Source: an uncultured bacterium (GTDB lineage Bacteria > Actinomycetota > Acidimicrobiia > Spongiisociales > ZC4RG35). Taken from it: a stretch of 64,000 bases of DNA. Location: assembly GCA_963745865.1 (NCBI GenBank), contig CAVUYZ010000003.1, positions 387,407 to 451,406 on the forward strand, read 5' to 3'. A program made the translations under genes and the position numbers. Positions 30,285-39,365 of the stretch are shown here, piece after piece; position 1 is the first letter of the stretch; each line of letters opens with the position of its first letter. The notes below the pieces were generated by a model. It ran no database searches, was not told where the DNA came from, and was given only the letters and a program-made list of their open reading frames with translations.

Positions 30285-30432
30285 GGGCGGCGATCATATT
30301 GCGTGGCGGCGGGTATCGGGACACTCCTGGTCGGGAGCGGTTCCATCTCGCGTGGCGGGCACCGCTGGGCGGCTACCGTTTCGTGTGGCTCGTCGTGGGA
30401 ATATCGCCGGGTCCGTCCGGGTTCGGCATCAG

Positions 30433-30448
30433 TTGTAATCTTGTAATC
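30433..30448 (+). promoter_or_regulatory. Tandem octamer TTGTAATC x2 in an AT-rich patch upstream of the ABC exporter
   Basis: ttgtaatcttgtaatc sits in the only AT-rich stretch of this intergenic region. Any function is inferred only. Confidence 0.2.
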
Positions 30449-30495
30449 ACGCAACAGCCCACTCGCCCGACCGTGGCACATCCAGAGGAGTCATC

Positions 30496-32400
30496 ATTTT
30501 TCACAGCGGAGGCTGGTACAGCTATCTGAAGTACGACGAGGACCAGGATCGCCCGTCGATAGACCGGACGCTGCTCGCCCGGGTCTGGTCGTACGGCCGT
30601 CCCTACCGGGGGTCGTTGGTCGGCGTGCTCATCACGGTCCTCATCATCTCGAGCCTGAGTGTCGTGCCGCCGATCATCACACGCCTGATCGTCGACGAAG
30701 CCATTCCGAACAAGGACATCAGGCAGCTGACCATGCTCGGACTGGCGATGGTGGCGGTTCCCCTGGTCAACTCGCTTGTCGGCATCGCCCAGCGCTGGTG
30801 GTCGTCCAAGGCCGGTGAAGGCATCATCTTCGACCTGCGGAGGGAGCTGTACGAGCATCTCCAGCGGATGTCGCTCGCCTTCTTCACATCGACCAAGACC
30901 GGGGAGCTCATCTCGCGCCTCAACAACGACGTGGTTGGTGCCCAACAGGCGATCACCGGGACCTTCGTCTCGATCCTCTCCAATGCCGTGTCGGTGGTGG
31001 CGATCCTGATCGTCATGGTCCAGTCGTCGCTGTTGCTGACCGCGCTGGCCGTCGCGGCCCTCCCACTCTTCGTGATTCCCGCTCGGCGGGTCGGGAAGAT
31101 CCTGAGGCGGATCACCGAACAACAGATGGAGCACAACGCGTCGATGTCGTCGATCCTCCAGGAGACGTTCAACGTCAGCGGAGCGCTCCTCGTGAAACTC
31201 TTCAACCGCTCGTCGCTCGAGTCCGAGAAGTTCGGTGTCGAGGCCGGTCAGGTCCGGGACCTCGGGATCCGGCGGGCGATGGTGGGTCGCTGGTTCTTCG
31301 CGGCATTGGGCCTGGTCAGCGCCGTCGGTACCGCCGCCGTGTTCTGGGTCGGTGGATACCTGGCGATCAACGATCAAGTCAGCATCGGTGTCCTCGTGAT
31401 GTTCGCCGCGCTCCTCACCCAGCTCTACGGCCCGCTGTCGGCGATCTCCAACTCGCGCGTCGAGTTCGCGACCTCGTTGGTGTCGTTCGAGCGTGTCTTC
31501 GAGATCCTCGATCTCGGGGTCGATCTTCCGGAAGATTCCGATGCAACCGACCTCGACGAGGTGGCCGGTCGGATCGAGTTCGACGGCGTCTACTTCTCGT
31601 ACGTGTCGGATCGCCCCGTCGGGCTCGAAGGCGTGAAGCGGTTCAACCCATTCGGTCGGGGCAAATCCGATGACGGTGTTGGCCAGGTCACCACGGCGTC
31701 CACCCGGGAGTGGGCACTGGAAGGCGTCTCGTTCACGGTCGAGCCCGGCCAGCTCGTCGCACTCGTGGGACCGAGCGGCGCCGGGAAGACCACGATCAGT
31801 TATCTGCTTCCGCGTCTCTACGACGTCAATCGGGGGGCTGTGAAGATCGACGGTCGCGACGTGCGCGGGATCACGCTCGGGTCGCTCGCCGATGCCATCG
31901 GCGTCGTCACGCAGGAGACCTATCTGTTTCATGACACGATCGCTGCGAATCTGAGATATGCCCGCCCGGACGCGACCGAAGATGACATGCGGGCCGCCGC
32001 CGAAGCGGCCAACATCGCCGACTTCATCGAGTCGCTGACGGACGGGTACGACACAATCGTCGGTGAACGCGGCTACCGGCTGTCGGGCGGAGAGAAGCAA
32101 CGCATCGCCATCGCCCGGGTGATTCTCAAAGACCCTGAGATTCTGGTCCTGGACGAGGCGACATCGCATCTGGACACACGGAGCGAGGCACTCATTCAAG
32201 ATGCACTCGAACGCCTCATGGTCGATCGCACCTCCGTGGTGATCGCCCATCGTCTCTCGACCGTGAAGGCCGCTGACAAGATTCTGGTGATCGATGACGG
32301 TCGACTCGTCGAACAGGGAACTCACGCGGAGTTGCTCGAGCGCGGCGGCCTCTATCGAACGCTGCACGACACCCAATTCCGCGAACGGGCTCGATCTTGA
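30496..32400 (+). CDS. ABC exporter, fused permease/ATPase; the start is probably non-canonical (ATT 30496), with TTG 30616 as the canonical fallback
   Basis: It has Walker A (GPSGAGKTT), signature (LSGGEKQR) and Walker B (ILVLDEA). The in-frame upstream peptide FHSGGWYSYLKYDEDQDRPSIDRTLLARVWSYGRPYRGS looks like a genuine ABC N-terminus. AGAGGAG lies at 30484-30490. Confidence 0.85.
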   Translation: MFHSGGWYSYLKYDEDQDRPSIDRTLLARVWSYGRPYRGSLVGVLITVLIISSLSVVPPIITRLIVDEAIPNKDIRQLTMLGLAMVAVPLVNSLVGIAQRWWSSKAGEGIIFDLRRELYEHLQRMSLAFFTSTKTGELISRLNNDVVGAQQAITGTFVSILSNAVSVVAILIVMVQSSLLLTALAVAALPLFVIPARRVGKILRRITEQQMEHNASMSSILQETFNVSGALLVKLFNRSSLESEKFGVEAGQVRDLGIRRAMVGRWFFAALGLVSAVGTAAVFWVGGYLAINDQVSIGVLVMFAALLTQLYGPLSAISNSRVEFATSLVSFERVFEILDLGVDLPEDSDATDLDEVAGRIEFDGVYFSYVSDRPVGLEGVKRFNPFGRGKSDDGVGQVTTASTREWALEGVSFTVEPGQLVALVGPSGAGKTTISYLLPRLYDVNRGAVKIDGRDVRGITLGSLADAIGVVTQETYLFHDTIAANLRYARPDATEDDMRAAAEAANIADFIESLTDGYDTIVGERGYRLSGGEKQRIAIARVILKDPEILVLDEATSHLDTRSEALIQDALERLMVDRTSVVIAHRLSTVKAADKILVIDDGRLVEQGTHAELLERGGLYRTLHDTQFRERARS

Positions 32401-33320
32401 CCGTCGGAAGGGCCGACGTCATCGCCGCGGCGGACCGCATCAGCGGACGGGTCCGTCGCACACCGGTCATGCAGGTCGAGGTTGGGGGTCACCGGGTCGT
32501 CCTCAAACTCGAGTTGCTCCAGCACACGGGTTCGTTCAAGCCCCGTGGCGCCTTCAATCGGATGATCGGAGCCGCGGCGATACCCGACTCGGGTGTCATC
32601 GCTGCTTCAGGTGGGAATCACGGCGTGGCCGTAGCGTTCGCTGCGGCAGAGTTGGGGATTCCCGCCGAGATCTTCATCCCCGAGGTCTCCCCGGCAATCA
32701 AAGTGGAGGCGATCCGGCAGCACGGGGCCACGGCTCGTGTCGGAGGCGCACTGTATGAGGACGCGCTGGTCGCCTCGAGAGCGCACGCTGCGGAGACCGG
32801 GGCACTCCAGGTGCATGCGTACGATCACGAACTCACGGTTGCCGGCCAGGGCACGATGGCGTTCGAGGTGTCCGAGCAGGTTCCCGATGCCACCGAGGTG
32901 CTGATCGCGGTTGGGGGAGGGGGCCTGGTGTCGGGCGCCGTTGCCTGGTTCGAGGATCGTCTGCGAGTGGTGGCGGTCGAACCCACCACCAGCCGGGCGT
33001 ACGCCGCCGCACTCGATGCGGAAGTCCCGGTCGAGGTCGATGTCTCCGGTATTGCATCCGACAGCCTCGGTGCCGCGTCGATCGGAGCGGTCCCGTGGAG
33101 TGTGCTCGATCGGCATCGACCCGAGTCCCTGACGGTGTCGGACGAGGCGATCGCGGCTGCTCAGCACTGGCTGTGGCAGCGGATGCGGCTCGTTGTGGAA
33201 CCCGGCGGCGCCACTGCATTTGCAGCAGTGCTGTCCGGTGCGCACACGCCGCGACCCGACGGGACGACCGTGATCGTGGTGTGCGGAGCCAACACCGACC
33301 CGACGTCCGTCACCGGATGA
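32397..33320 (+). CDS. PLP-dependent threonine/serine dehydratase family protein
   Basis: It has the PLP-lysine motif (TGSFKPRGAFN) and GGNHG. Confidence 0.85.
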   Translation: MTVGRADVIAAADRISGRVRRTPVMQVEVGGHRVVLKLELLQHTGSFKPRGAFNRMIGAAAIPDSGVIAASGGNHGVAVAFAAAELGIPAEIFIPEVSPAIKVEAIRQHGATARVGGALYEDALVASRAHAAETGALQVHAYDHELTVAGQGTMAFEVSEQVPDATEVLIAVGGGGLVSGAVAWFEDRLRVVAVEPTTSRAYAAALDAEVPVEVDVSGIASDSLGAASIGAVPWSVLDRHRPESLTVSDEAIAAAQHWLWQRMRLVVEPGGATAFAAVLSGAHTPRPDGTTVIVVCGANTDPTSVTG

Positions 33321-33702
33321 GGTTCTCCGCCACCAGTGGGTTGTCCGGGGACAGCAACAGAACCTCGCCATCGTGGCTGAACCACAGCCCCTGAGAGCCC
33401 TCGATCCATCGATTCGGAGGAAAGGCTGTCATACGATCCATCGCCCGGCGACCCGGCGAGTAGACCAGCACCGCTTCCCCGTGGGTGCGGACCGAGGCCA
33501 GCGCACCGACCAGATCGAAATCGCCGAACAACATCGCCATCGCCTGGGCTCCGTCGATGATCTCGCCGGATTCAGACCACATACTCGGCCCGCCGGCCGG
33601 GCATACCGACAACGCGATATCACGCCATGTGAACACCTCGTGGATGCAGGACGCGGGATCGGGTTCGCTGGTGACTGTGGGGAAGACCAGAACGTTGCTC
33701 AT
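33310..33702 (-). CDS. Hypothetical protein
   Basis: Protein-like composition runs from ATG 33702 (MSNVLVFPTVTSEPD...). I recognised no family. Confidence 0.45.
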   Translation of the reverse strand: MSNVLVFPTVTSEPDPASCIHEVFTWRDIALSVCPAGGPSMWSESGEIIDGAQAMAMLFGDFDLVGALASVRTHGEAVLVYSPGRRAMDRMTAFPPNRWIEGSQGLWFSHDGEVLLLSPDNPLVAENLIR

Positions 33703-33842
33703 ACGGTCAACGTATCCGGTCCCTATGACAGGAATGACGCAGGTAGTGCTCCGTCTCGTGTGCGGGTCGGGACAACTTGCGTCCGACACCGCAGCATCAT
33801 CAAGACAACCGATAGGGGCGGTCGGTGTGGCAGGATCGACGG

Positions 33843-34250
33843 ATGCGATATGTGATGATCGGGTTCGTGGTGCTGGTCGCGGCGTGCGACGGAGCAGCCG
33901 GTCGTGCGCCGACGACGGTGGATGCGGGGTCGACCGTCCCGGTCGATTCACGTGCGGGGTGCGCCGATGTCGTGGGAGTCGACGTGTCCGGCGACGGTCC
34001 GTACGCGTTTTCGGTCACTGTCGCTTCCGCAGACACCGGGTGGGACAAGTACGCCGACGAATGGCGGGTCGAGGACCCGACCGGGGCGGTGCTCGCAACC
34101 CGTGAGCTGACGCACCCCCATGTCGATGAACAGCCGTTCACCCGGACCCTGTCAGGGGTGAAGATCGCCGGGAATCGAACGGTGATCGTTTCGGCCCGGG
34201 ACTCGGTGGAGGGCTACTGCGGGGAGACCGTGGAGGTTGCGGTTGGCTAG
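33843..34250 (+). CDS. Hypothetical lipoprotein
   Basis: MRYVMIGFVVLVAACDG is a signal peptide with a lipobox. Confidence 0.55.
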   Translation: MRYVMIGFVVLVAACDGAAGRAPTTVDAGSTVPVDSRAGCADVVGVDVSGDGPYAFSVTVASADTGWDKYADEWRVEDPTGAVLATRELTHPHVDEQPFTRTLSGVKIAGNRTVIVSARDSVEGYCGETVEVAVG

Positions 34251-34756
34251 AGCTGTGCGGCTTCGTTCTCGCTCGTGTCGTCGGTGCGTGCACCTGGAAC
34301 CAGGACGAGCGGGCAGTGGACGCGCTCCATGACTCGAGCCGACACCGACGTCCACGCCTGTTCGGTGAAGAGTCTCCGGGTGGCACCCATGATGATCATC
34401 TCCGCATGGATGTCGAGCGCCGTCCGGATGATGGCCTCCACGGGGTCGGCACCCTCCACGAATGTGATGGAAGGCTCCACGTCGATCGCCCTCAGCGCCG
34501 AAACGATCGGCTCGACCGCACGTCTGCCCCGCTCCTCCAGATAGTTCAGAGCTTTCATCTCCGCTGTCTCGGTCTCCCAGCTGCCGGCATCTAGGAACGA
34601 GCGACGCTCGTCCTCGTCCATCGTCTCGAGGAACGTCCGCGGCACTTCGATGACAGTCATGACCGTCACCGATCCGTCGTCGCCGAGCAGCTTCTCGCAC
34701 AGCTCGGACACGGCGACCGGGCCGAGAACACCGGTGGTTGCGATCAGAATCTCCAC
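34247..34756 (-). CDS. Universal stress protein (UspA family)
   Basis: 169 aa with IIMGATRR...VHCPLVLVP at the C-terminus. Confidence 0.75.
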   Translation of the reverse strand: MEILIATTGVLGPVAVSELCEKLLGDDGSVTVMTVIEVPRTFLETMDEDERRSFLDAGSWETETAEMKALNYLEERGRRAVEPIVSALRAIDVEPSITFVEGADPVEAIIRTALDIHAEMIIMGATRRLFTEQAWTSVSARVMERVHCPLVLVPGARTDDTSENEAAQL

Positions 34757-34836
34757 GCCGGTCAGCCTAAAGGTTCGGCGAGGTTTGCATCGTCGGCGCG
34801 CCGGTTAGGTTCCAAGGGACGATTCGAGAGGAAACA

Positions 34837-35346
34837 ATGCTCCCCGAACTAGCCGACGAAACGGTGAACAAGGCGACGTGGATGATCCCGAACGCACTCG
34901 CCCTCGTGGGGTCGAGGGCCGGAGATGATCGCAACGCGATGACGACGAGCTGGATCACCCAGCTCTCGATGGAACCCGTTCTCGTGGGGGTGGGGGTCGA
35001 CAACTCGGCCGTCACCCACCGCCTGATTTCGGAGGGCCGGTCGTTCACCGTCAATCTGTGGTCGTCCGAGGACACCCGCCCGTTCGTCAAATTCTCCAAG
35101 CCGGCGACGTTCGACGGCGGTGCGCTCAACGGCAGGCCGATCTCCGACGGAATCACAGGCGCACCCATCTTTGACGAGGCAATCGCGTGGATCGAGTGCG
35201 AAGTCAGGCAGGCCCACGACCTTGGCACCCACACCCTGTTCATCGGTGAAGTGGTCGGAGCCGAAGTGAGGGACGGAGATCAGCGAGCCGCGTCGATGAG
35301 CGACACCAGGATGAAGTACGGCGGTGTCAAACGCGGTGGCCACTGA
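34837..35346 (+). CDS. Flavin reductase-like FMN-binding (split-barrel) protein
   Basis: It has ALVGSRAGDDRNAMTTSWITQLS...FTVNL and CEV...GTHTLFIGEVV. Confidence 0.75.
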   Translation: MLPELADETVNKATWMIPNALALVGSRAGDDRNAMTTSWITQLSMEPVLVGVGVDNSAVTHRLISEGRSFTVNLWSSEDTRPFVKFSKPATFDGGALNGRPISDGITGAPIFDEAIAWIECEVRQAHDLGTHTLFIGEVVGAEVRDGDQRAASMSDTRMKYGGVKRGGH

Positions 35347-35392
35347 CGGGACCGCCGTTCCGTAAGCTCCGAACCGACCACAGGAGGATCGC

Positions 35393-36169
35393 GTGGAGAT
35401 CGACATCACGGACAAAGTCGCAATCGTCACCGGAGCGAGCCGGGGGATCGGCTGGGCTACGGCCAAGGCGTTCGCCGAGAGCGGTGCGGCTGGTGTCGTC
35501 ATCACCGCGCGCAAGCCTGACTCGATCGAGACGGCCGCGACCGCTCTCACCGAGGCAGGAGTACCGGAAGATCGAATTCTGGCTCTCGCGGCCCGCGCCG
35601 ACGAGGACGACGCCGTCCAGATGACGATGGAGAAGACCCTCGAGCGTTTCGGGTCGATCGACATTCTCGTGAACAACGCCGGCACGAACCCCGCAGGCGG
35701 GCCGATCATGACCGTTGACATGGGCGCGATCGACAAGACCTGGGCCGTCAACCAGCGGGCGCCATTGGTGTGGGCCCGGGCTGCGTATGCGGCCTGGATG
35801 CGCGACAACGGCGGGGTGATCGTCAACGTGGCATCGGTCGGTGGCGTGATGCCCGGCCCGGTGATGGGGGCGTACAACGTCTCCAAGGCTGCGCTGATCC
35901 ATCTCACCCATCAGCTCGCCTTCGAGCTGGCGCCCGGCATCCGGGTGAATGCCGTGGCACCGGGCGTCGTGAAGACCCGATTGTCCGAGATGCTGTGGTC
36001 GGCGGACGAGTCAGCCATGGCGGCAACCCATCCTCTGAACAGGCTCGGAGTGCCAGAGGACGTCGCGGGAGCGATCACCTACCTGTGCTCGGATCAGGCC
36101 GCGTGGATCACCGGCGTGGTCCTTCCGGTCGACGGGGGCGTGCTCGGAGCGTCTGGCGCTCTCGCCTGA
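35393..36169 (+). CDS. SDR-family oxidoreductase
   Basis: It has TGASRGIG, NNAG and YNVSKAA motifs. Confidence 0.9.
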   Translation: MEIDITDKVAIVTGASRGIGWATAKAFAESGAAGVVITARKPDSIETAATALTEAGVPEDRILALAARADEDDAVQMTMEKTLERFGSIDILVNNAGTNPAGGPIMTVDMGAIDKTWAVNQRAPLVWARAAYAAWMRDNGGVIVNVASVGGVMPGPVMGAYNVSKAALIHLTHQLAFELAPGIRVNAVAPGVVKTRLSEMLWSADESAMAATHPLNRLGVPEDVAGAITYLCSDQAAWITGVVLPVDGGVLGASGALA

Positions 36170-36199
36170 AGGTTCGCGCAGACCGACATCGCTGATAGC

Positions 36200-37348
36200 G
36201 TGTCCCCGATGCCGCACCCACTTCCTGATCGCGAGCTTGCGATCCGATATCTCGATGGTCGCGAAGACGCAGCGGCCCTGTTCGAGGAGGCCTCGCGGCT
36301 GAGGGACGAGGCCCATGGCACACGCATCACCTACAGCCGGAAGGTGTTCATCCCCCTGACCACGCTGTGCAGGGACACCTGCACGTACTGCACCTTCGCC
36401 AAGCCCCCCGGGGCCGGTGGCATGTATCTCGAACCGGAGCAGGTCGTCGCCGTGGCCGAGGCCGGCCAACGACACCACTGCAGCGAGGCACTGTTCACCC
36501 TGGGCGACCGTCCCGAGGCGCGCTGGCCGCAGGCCAGACAGTTTCTCGAGGACCACGGGCACGAGACCACGATCAGTTACGTGCGTGAGATGTCGGAGTC
36601 GGTCGTCGCCGAGACGAGTCTGTTTCCTCACGCGAATCCCGGCGTGATGTCTGAAGCCGAGATGGCGTCGTTGCGGCCTTCCAACGTCTCGATGGGAATG
36701 ATGCTCGAGAACATCTCGCCCCGCCTGATGGAGCCGGGTATGCCGCATCACAACTGTCCCGACAAGGACCCGTCGGTCAGGATGGCCGCCATCGAGGCGG
36801 CAGGCCGCCTGAGGATTCCCTTCACCACCGGGATCCTGGTGGGTCTCGGTGAGACGAACGCGGAGATCGTCGACTCGATCCTGGCGATCGCCGATGTCCA
36901 CCGCACCCACGGACACATCCAGGAATTCATCGTGCAGAACTTCCGGGCGAAGGCCGACACGCCGATGCGGCGGAACGCCGAGCCGATCCCGGCCTGGTTC
37001 GCCAGGGTGGTCGCCGTCTCGCGATGGCTGTTGGGGGCCGAGATGAACGTCCAGGTTCCGCCCAACCTCACCGAGCGATTCGAGACGTACCTGCGAGCCG
37101 GGATCAACGACTGGGGCGGGGTGTCGCCGCTGACGATCGACTGGGTGAATCCGGAAGCGCCGTGGCCGCATCTGTCCGAATTCTCGGGCCGAACCGAGGC
37201 GGCCGGTTTCGAGCTGCGTCCCCGGCTCCCGGTCTATCCGGAGTTCATCGACGATTCCTGGATCGATCCAGGAATGATCGCCCGGGTTCGCGAGTCAATA
37301 GACGAGGCCGGACTGGCCCGATTACCCCGACTGGAGGCCATGAGATGA
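36200..37348 (+). CDS. cofG: FO (7,8-didemethyl-8-hydroxy-5-deazariboflavin) synthase subunit CofG
   Basis: It has the radical-SAM motif CRDTCTYCTF and a CofG-like length of 382 aa. Confidence 0.85.
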   Translation: MSPMPHPLPDRELAIRYLDGREDAAALFEEASRLRDEAHGTRITYSRKVFIPLTTLCRDTCTYCTFAKPPGAGGMYLEPEQVVAVAEAGQRHHCSEALFTLGDRPEARWPQARQFLEDHGHETTISYVREMSESVVAETSLFPHANPGVMSEAEMASLRPSNVSMGMMLENISPRLMEPGMPHHNCPDKDPSVRMAAIEAAGRLRIPFTTGILVGLGETNAEIVDSILAIADVHRTHGHIQEFIVQNFRAKADTPMRRNAEPIPAWFARVVAVSRWLLGAEMNVQVPPNLTERFETYLRAGINDWGGVSPLTIDWVNPEAPWPHLSEFSGRTEAAGFELRPRLPVYPEFIDDSWIDPGMIARVRESIDEAGLARLPRLEAMR

Positions 37349-38033
37349 TCACGTTCCTGAGATCGAGACCGGTCGAGGAGATCAGCGAAGCGATCGCCAC
37401 CTCGCGCCGACGCGAGGGAACGACCGCACTCGAGAGTGCGGCGGCGTCGCCCGAAGAGATCCGAGCCGCGACCGAGGCAGGGATGCTCGTCGTGTCGTCG
37501 GATCCCGGGACCCCGGCCCCGTCGTGGATCCTCCTCCCCGAGCAGGCGTTGGCGGTCGACGGCATTCCCGGATGGCGGACGACGGTCCTCGCCACCGACG
37601 ATCTCGACCTCACGCTGGACGCGGTCGTGCGGACGGGCTCAGCATTCGTGAGGACCTCCCGGTCGAATGTCGGAGCCGTGTCGCAGCGCATGGACCGTCC
37701 GGGGTGCTCGGTGAGGGTGTCGGTGTTCGTCGACGATGTCGCGCAGGCGACCGAGGCGGTCTCCGCCGGAGCGCGGCGACCTCGTGCTCAGAGACTGGGA
37801 TTCTGAGCGGATCGGCGAGCTCCGCGACGCGCTGGCTCATCCCGCTCGTCGAACGGACTGCCTTTCCGCTCGGCGTCGAGATCGACGATGCCAGAACATC
37901 GCTCGAGCCCGACCAGTTTGCGGCGTGGCTCTCGCAGGTGGATGGGTCGGGTGCCGCCAGGCCGCGCCATTCGTGGGCACCTGGGCGCGACGAGCATCCG
38001 CCCGTGCCGGTCGATCGACTGTCCTCGGAGTGG
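37345..38033 (+). other. Unassigned module of about 230 codons between cofG and cofH. It reads into cofH and has two apparent +1 frameshifts (about 37774 and 37843).
   Basis: ATG 37345 overlaps the cofG stop (ATGA). The reading runs MITFLRSRPVEEISEAIA...VFVDDVAQATEAVSAGA, then GDLVLRDWDSERIGELRDALAHP, then LVERTAFPLGVEIDDARTSLEPDQFAAWL... I recognised no family. Confidence 0.4.
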
Positions 38034-39233
38034 ATGGACTCGGTGTGGGTGAGCGGAGTCGCTCCTTCGCAGCTCGACGGTGCCGGCAATGTCAGGGGCA
38101 TCCTCGAGCGGTCCCTGGCAGGTGACCCGCCGACCGTCGTCGAGATGGAGGCGCTGTTCGCGTCCCGCGGTGATCAGGTCGATGCGATCGCGTGGACCGC
38201 GGACCAACTGCGGCGCAGGACGGTGGGCGACGAGGTCTCCTACGTCGTGAACCGGAACATCAATTACACGAACATGTGCTATTTCCGATGCGGGTTCTGC
38301 GCGTTCTCGAAGGGGCCCCGAAGTCTCAACCTCCGTGGTGACCCCTATCTCATGGGGGTGGACGAGGTGGTGCAGCGGGCGTCGGAGGCATGGGACCGGG
38401 GCGCGACCGAGGTCACGTTGCAGGGCGGCATCCATCCCGAGTTCACCGGGGAGTTCTACGTTGGCGTCGTCGAGGCGATCAAGCGGGCGTTGCCGGCGAT
38501 GCACATCCATGGATTCACCCCGCTCGAGGTGTGGCAGGGCGCGGAGACGCTTGGAGTGCCTGTGCGCGATTTCCTCGAGCGCCTTCACGATGCAGGACTG
38601 GGAAGCCTCCCGGGAACCGCGGCGGAAATCCTCGACGACTCGGTCCGGCTGCATCTGTGCCCTGACAAGATCCGATCCGCCCAGTGGGCTGATGTCATGA
38701 TCACCGCCCACGAGCTCGGACTCGCCGCGACCGCAACGGTGATGTTCGGTCACATCGATCATCCCCGCGCCTGGTCGAACCACTACGAGGTCGTGCGCGA
38801 GGTTCAGCGGAGAACCGGCGGCTTCACCGAGTTCGTCCCACTTCCGTTCGTCCACATGGGATCGCCGATCTTCCTCCGCGGAAAGTCACGGCCCGGACCG
38901 ACCTGGGATGAAGTCGTGTTGATCCACTCGATCGCGCGTCTGGCGTTCGACGGTCTCATCGACAACATCCAGGCCAGCTGGGTGAAACTCGGTCTCGAGG
39001 GGGGTGCCAGGTTGTTGGCGGCCGGGTGCAACGATCTCGGCGGGACGCTGATGGGCGAGATCATCACACGATCAGCAGGCGCCGCGCATGGCCAGGAGGT
39101 GACGCCGGACGATTTTGAGCGCACGATCCGCTCGGTCGGTCGAACGCCATATGAGCGGACGACCCTCTACGGGCGGGCGGAGCCGAGGAAGGCCCAGCGC
39201 AGATCCATCCCGCTGATCGTCGAAGCCGACTGA
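38034..39233 (+). CDS. cofH: FO synthase subunit CofH (this is the domain; the true start may lie upstream, fused to the preceding module)
   Basis: It has the radical-SAM motif NMCYFRCGFCAF, GGIHPEF, and about 400 aa of CofH-like sequence ending at TGA 39231-39233. Confidence 0.85.
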   Translation: MDSVWVSGVAPSQLDGAGNVRGILERSLAGDPPTVVEMEALFASRGDQVDAIAWTADQLRRRTVGDEVSYVVNRNINYTNMCYFRCGFCAFSKGPRSLNLRGDPYLMGVDEVVQRASEAWDRGATEVTLQGGIHPEFTGEFYVGVVEAIKRALPAMHIHGFTPLEVWQGAETLGVPVRDFLERLHDAGLGSLPGTAAEILDDSVRLHLCPDKIRSAQWADVMITAHELGLAATATVMFGHIDHPRAWSNHYEVVREVQRRTGGFTEFVPLPFVHMGSPIFLRGKSRPGPTWDEVVLIHSIARLAFDGLIDNIQASWVKLGLEGGARLLAAGCNDLGGTLMGEIITRSAGAAHGQEVTPDDFERTIRSVGRTPYERTTLYGRAEPRKAQRRSIPLIVEAD

Positions 39234-39240
39234 GCCGTCA

Positions 39241-39353
39241 GGGATTCGGGTCGGGATGGAAGCCCCCTTGGCTCGCTGGCGCTCGCCTGTCCCTCCGGAG
39301 GGGGGACGGGGTTCGTCTGCGAACCCAGGGGGGCGTTGTTGAGAGCGAATCCC
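39241..39353 (+). repeat. GC-rich long imperfect palindrome (REP/MITE-like 3'-end element), copy 1
   Basis: The outer arms are GGGATTC (39241-39247) and GAATCCC (39347-39353). Inner hairpins are GGGTTCG-tctg-CGAACCC (39309-39326) and a CCCTCCGGAGGG palindrome. It lies between the convergent cofH and DUF4032 genes. Confidence 0.8.
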
Positions 39354-39365
39354 CTCCGTGGCTCG

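Noticed and set aside
34770-34810. Three AGGTT pentamers in the usp / flavin-reductase divergent region.
   Set aside because: The motif is too short and too loosely spaced to distinguish from chance.
39308-39326. A GGGGTTCG...CGAACCC hairpin resembling a tRNA T-arm.
   Set aside because: There is no acceptor, D or anticodon arm context. The loop has 4 nt, not the 7-nt TPsiC loop. The hairpin is part of the palindromic repeat element.
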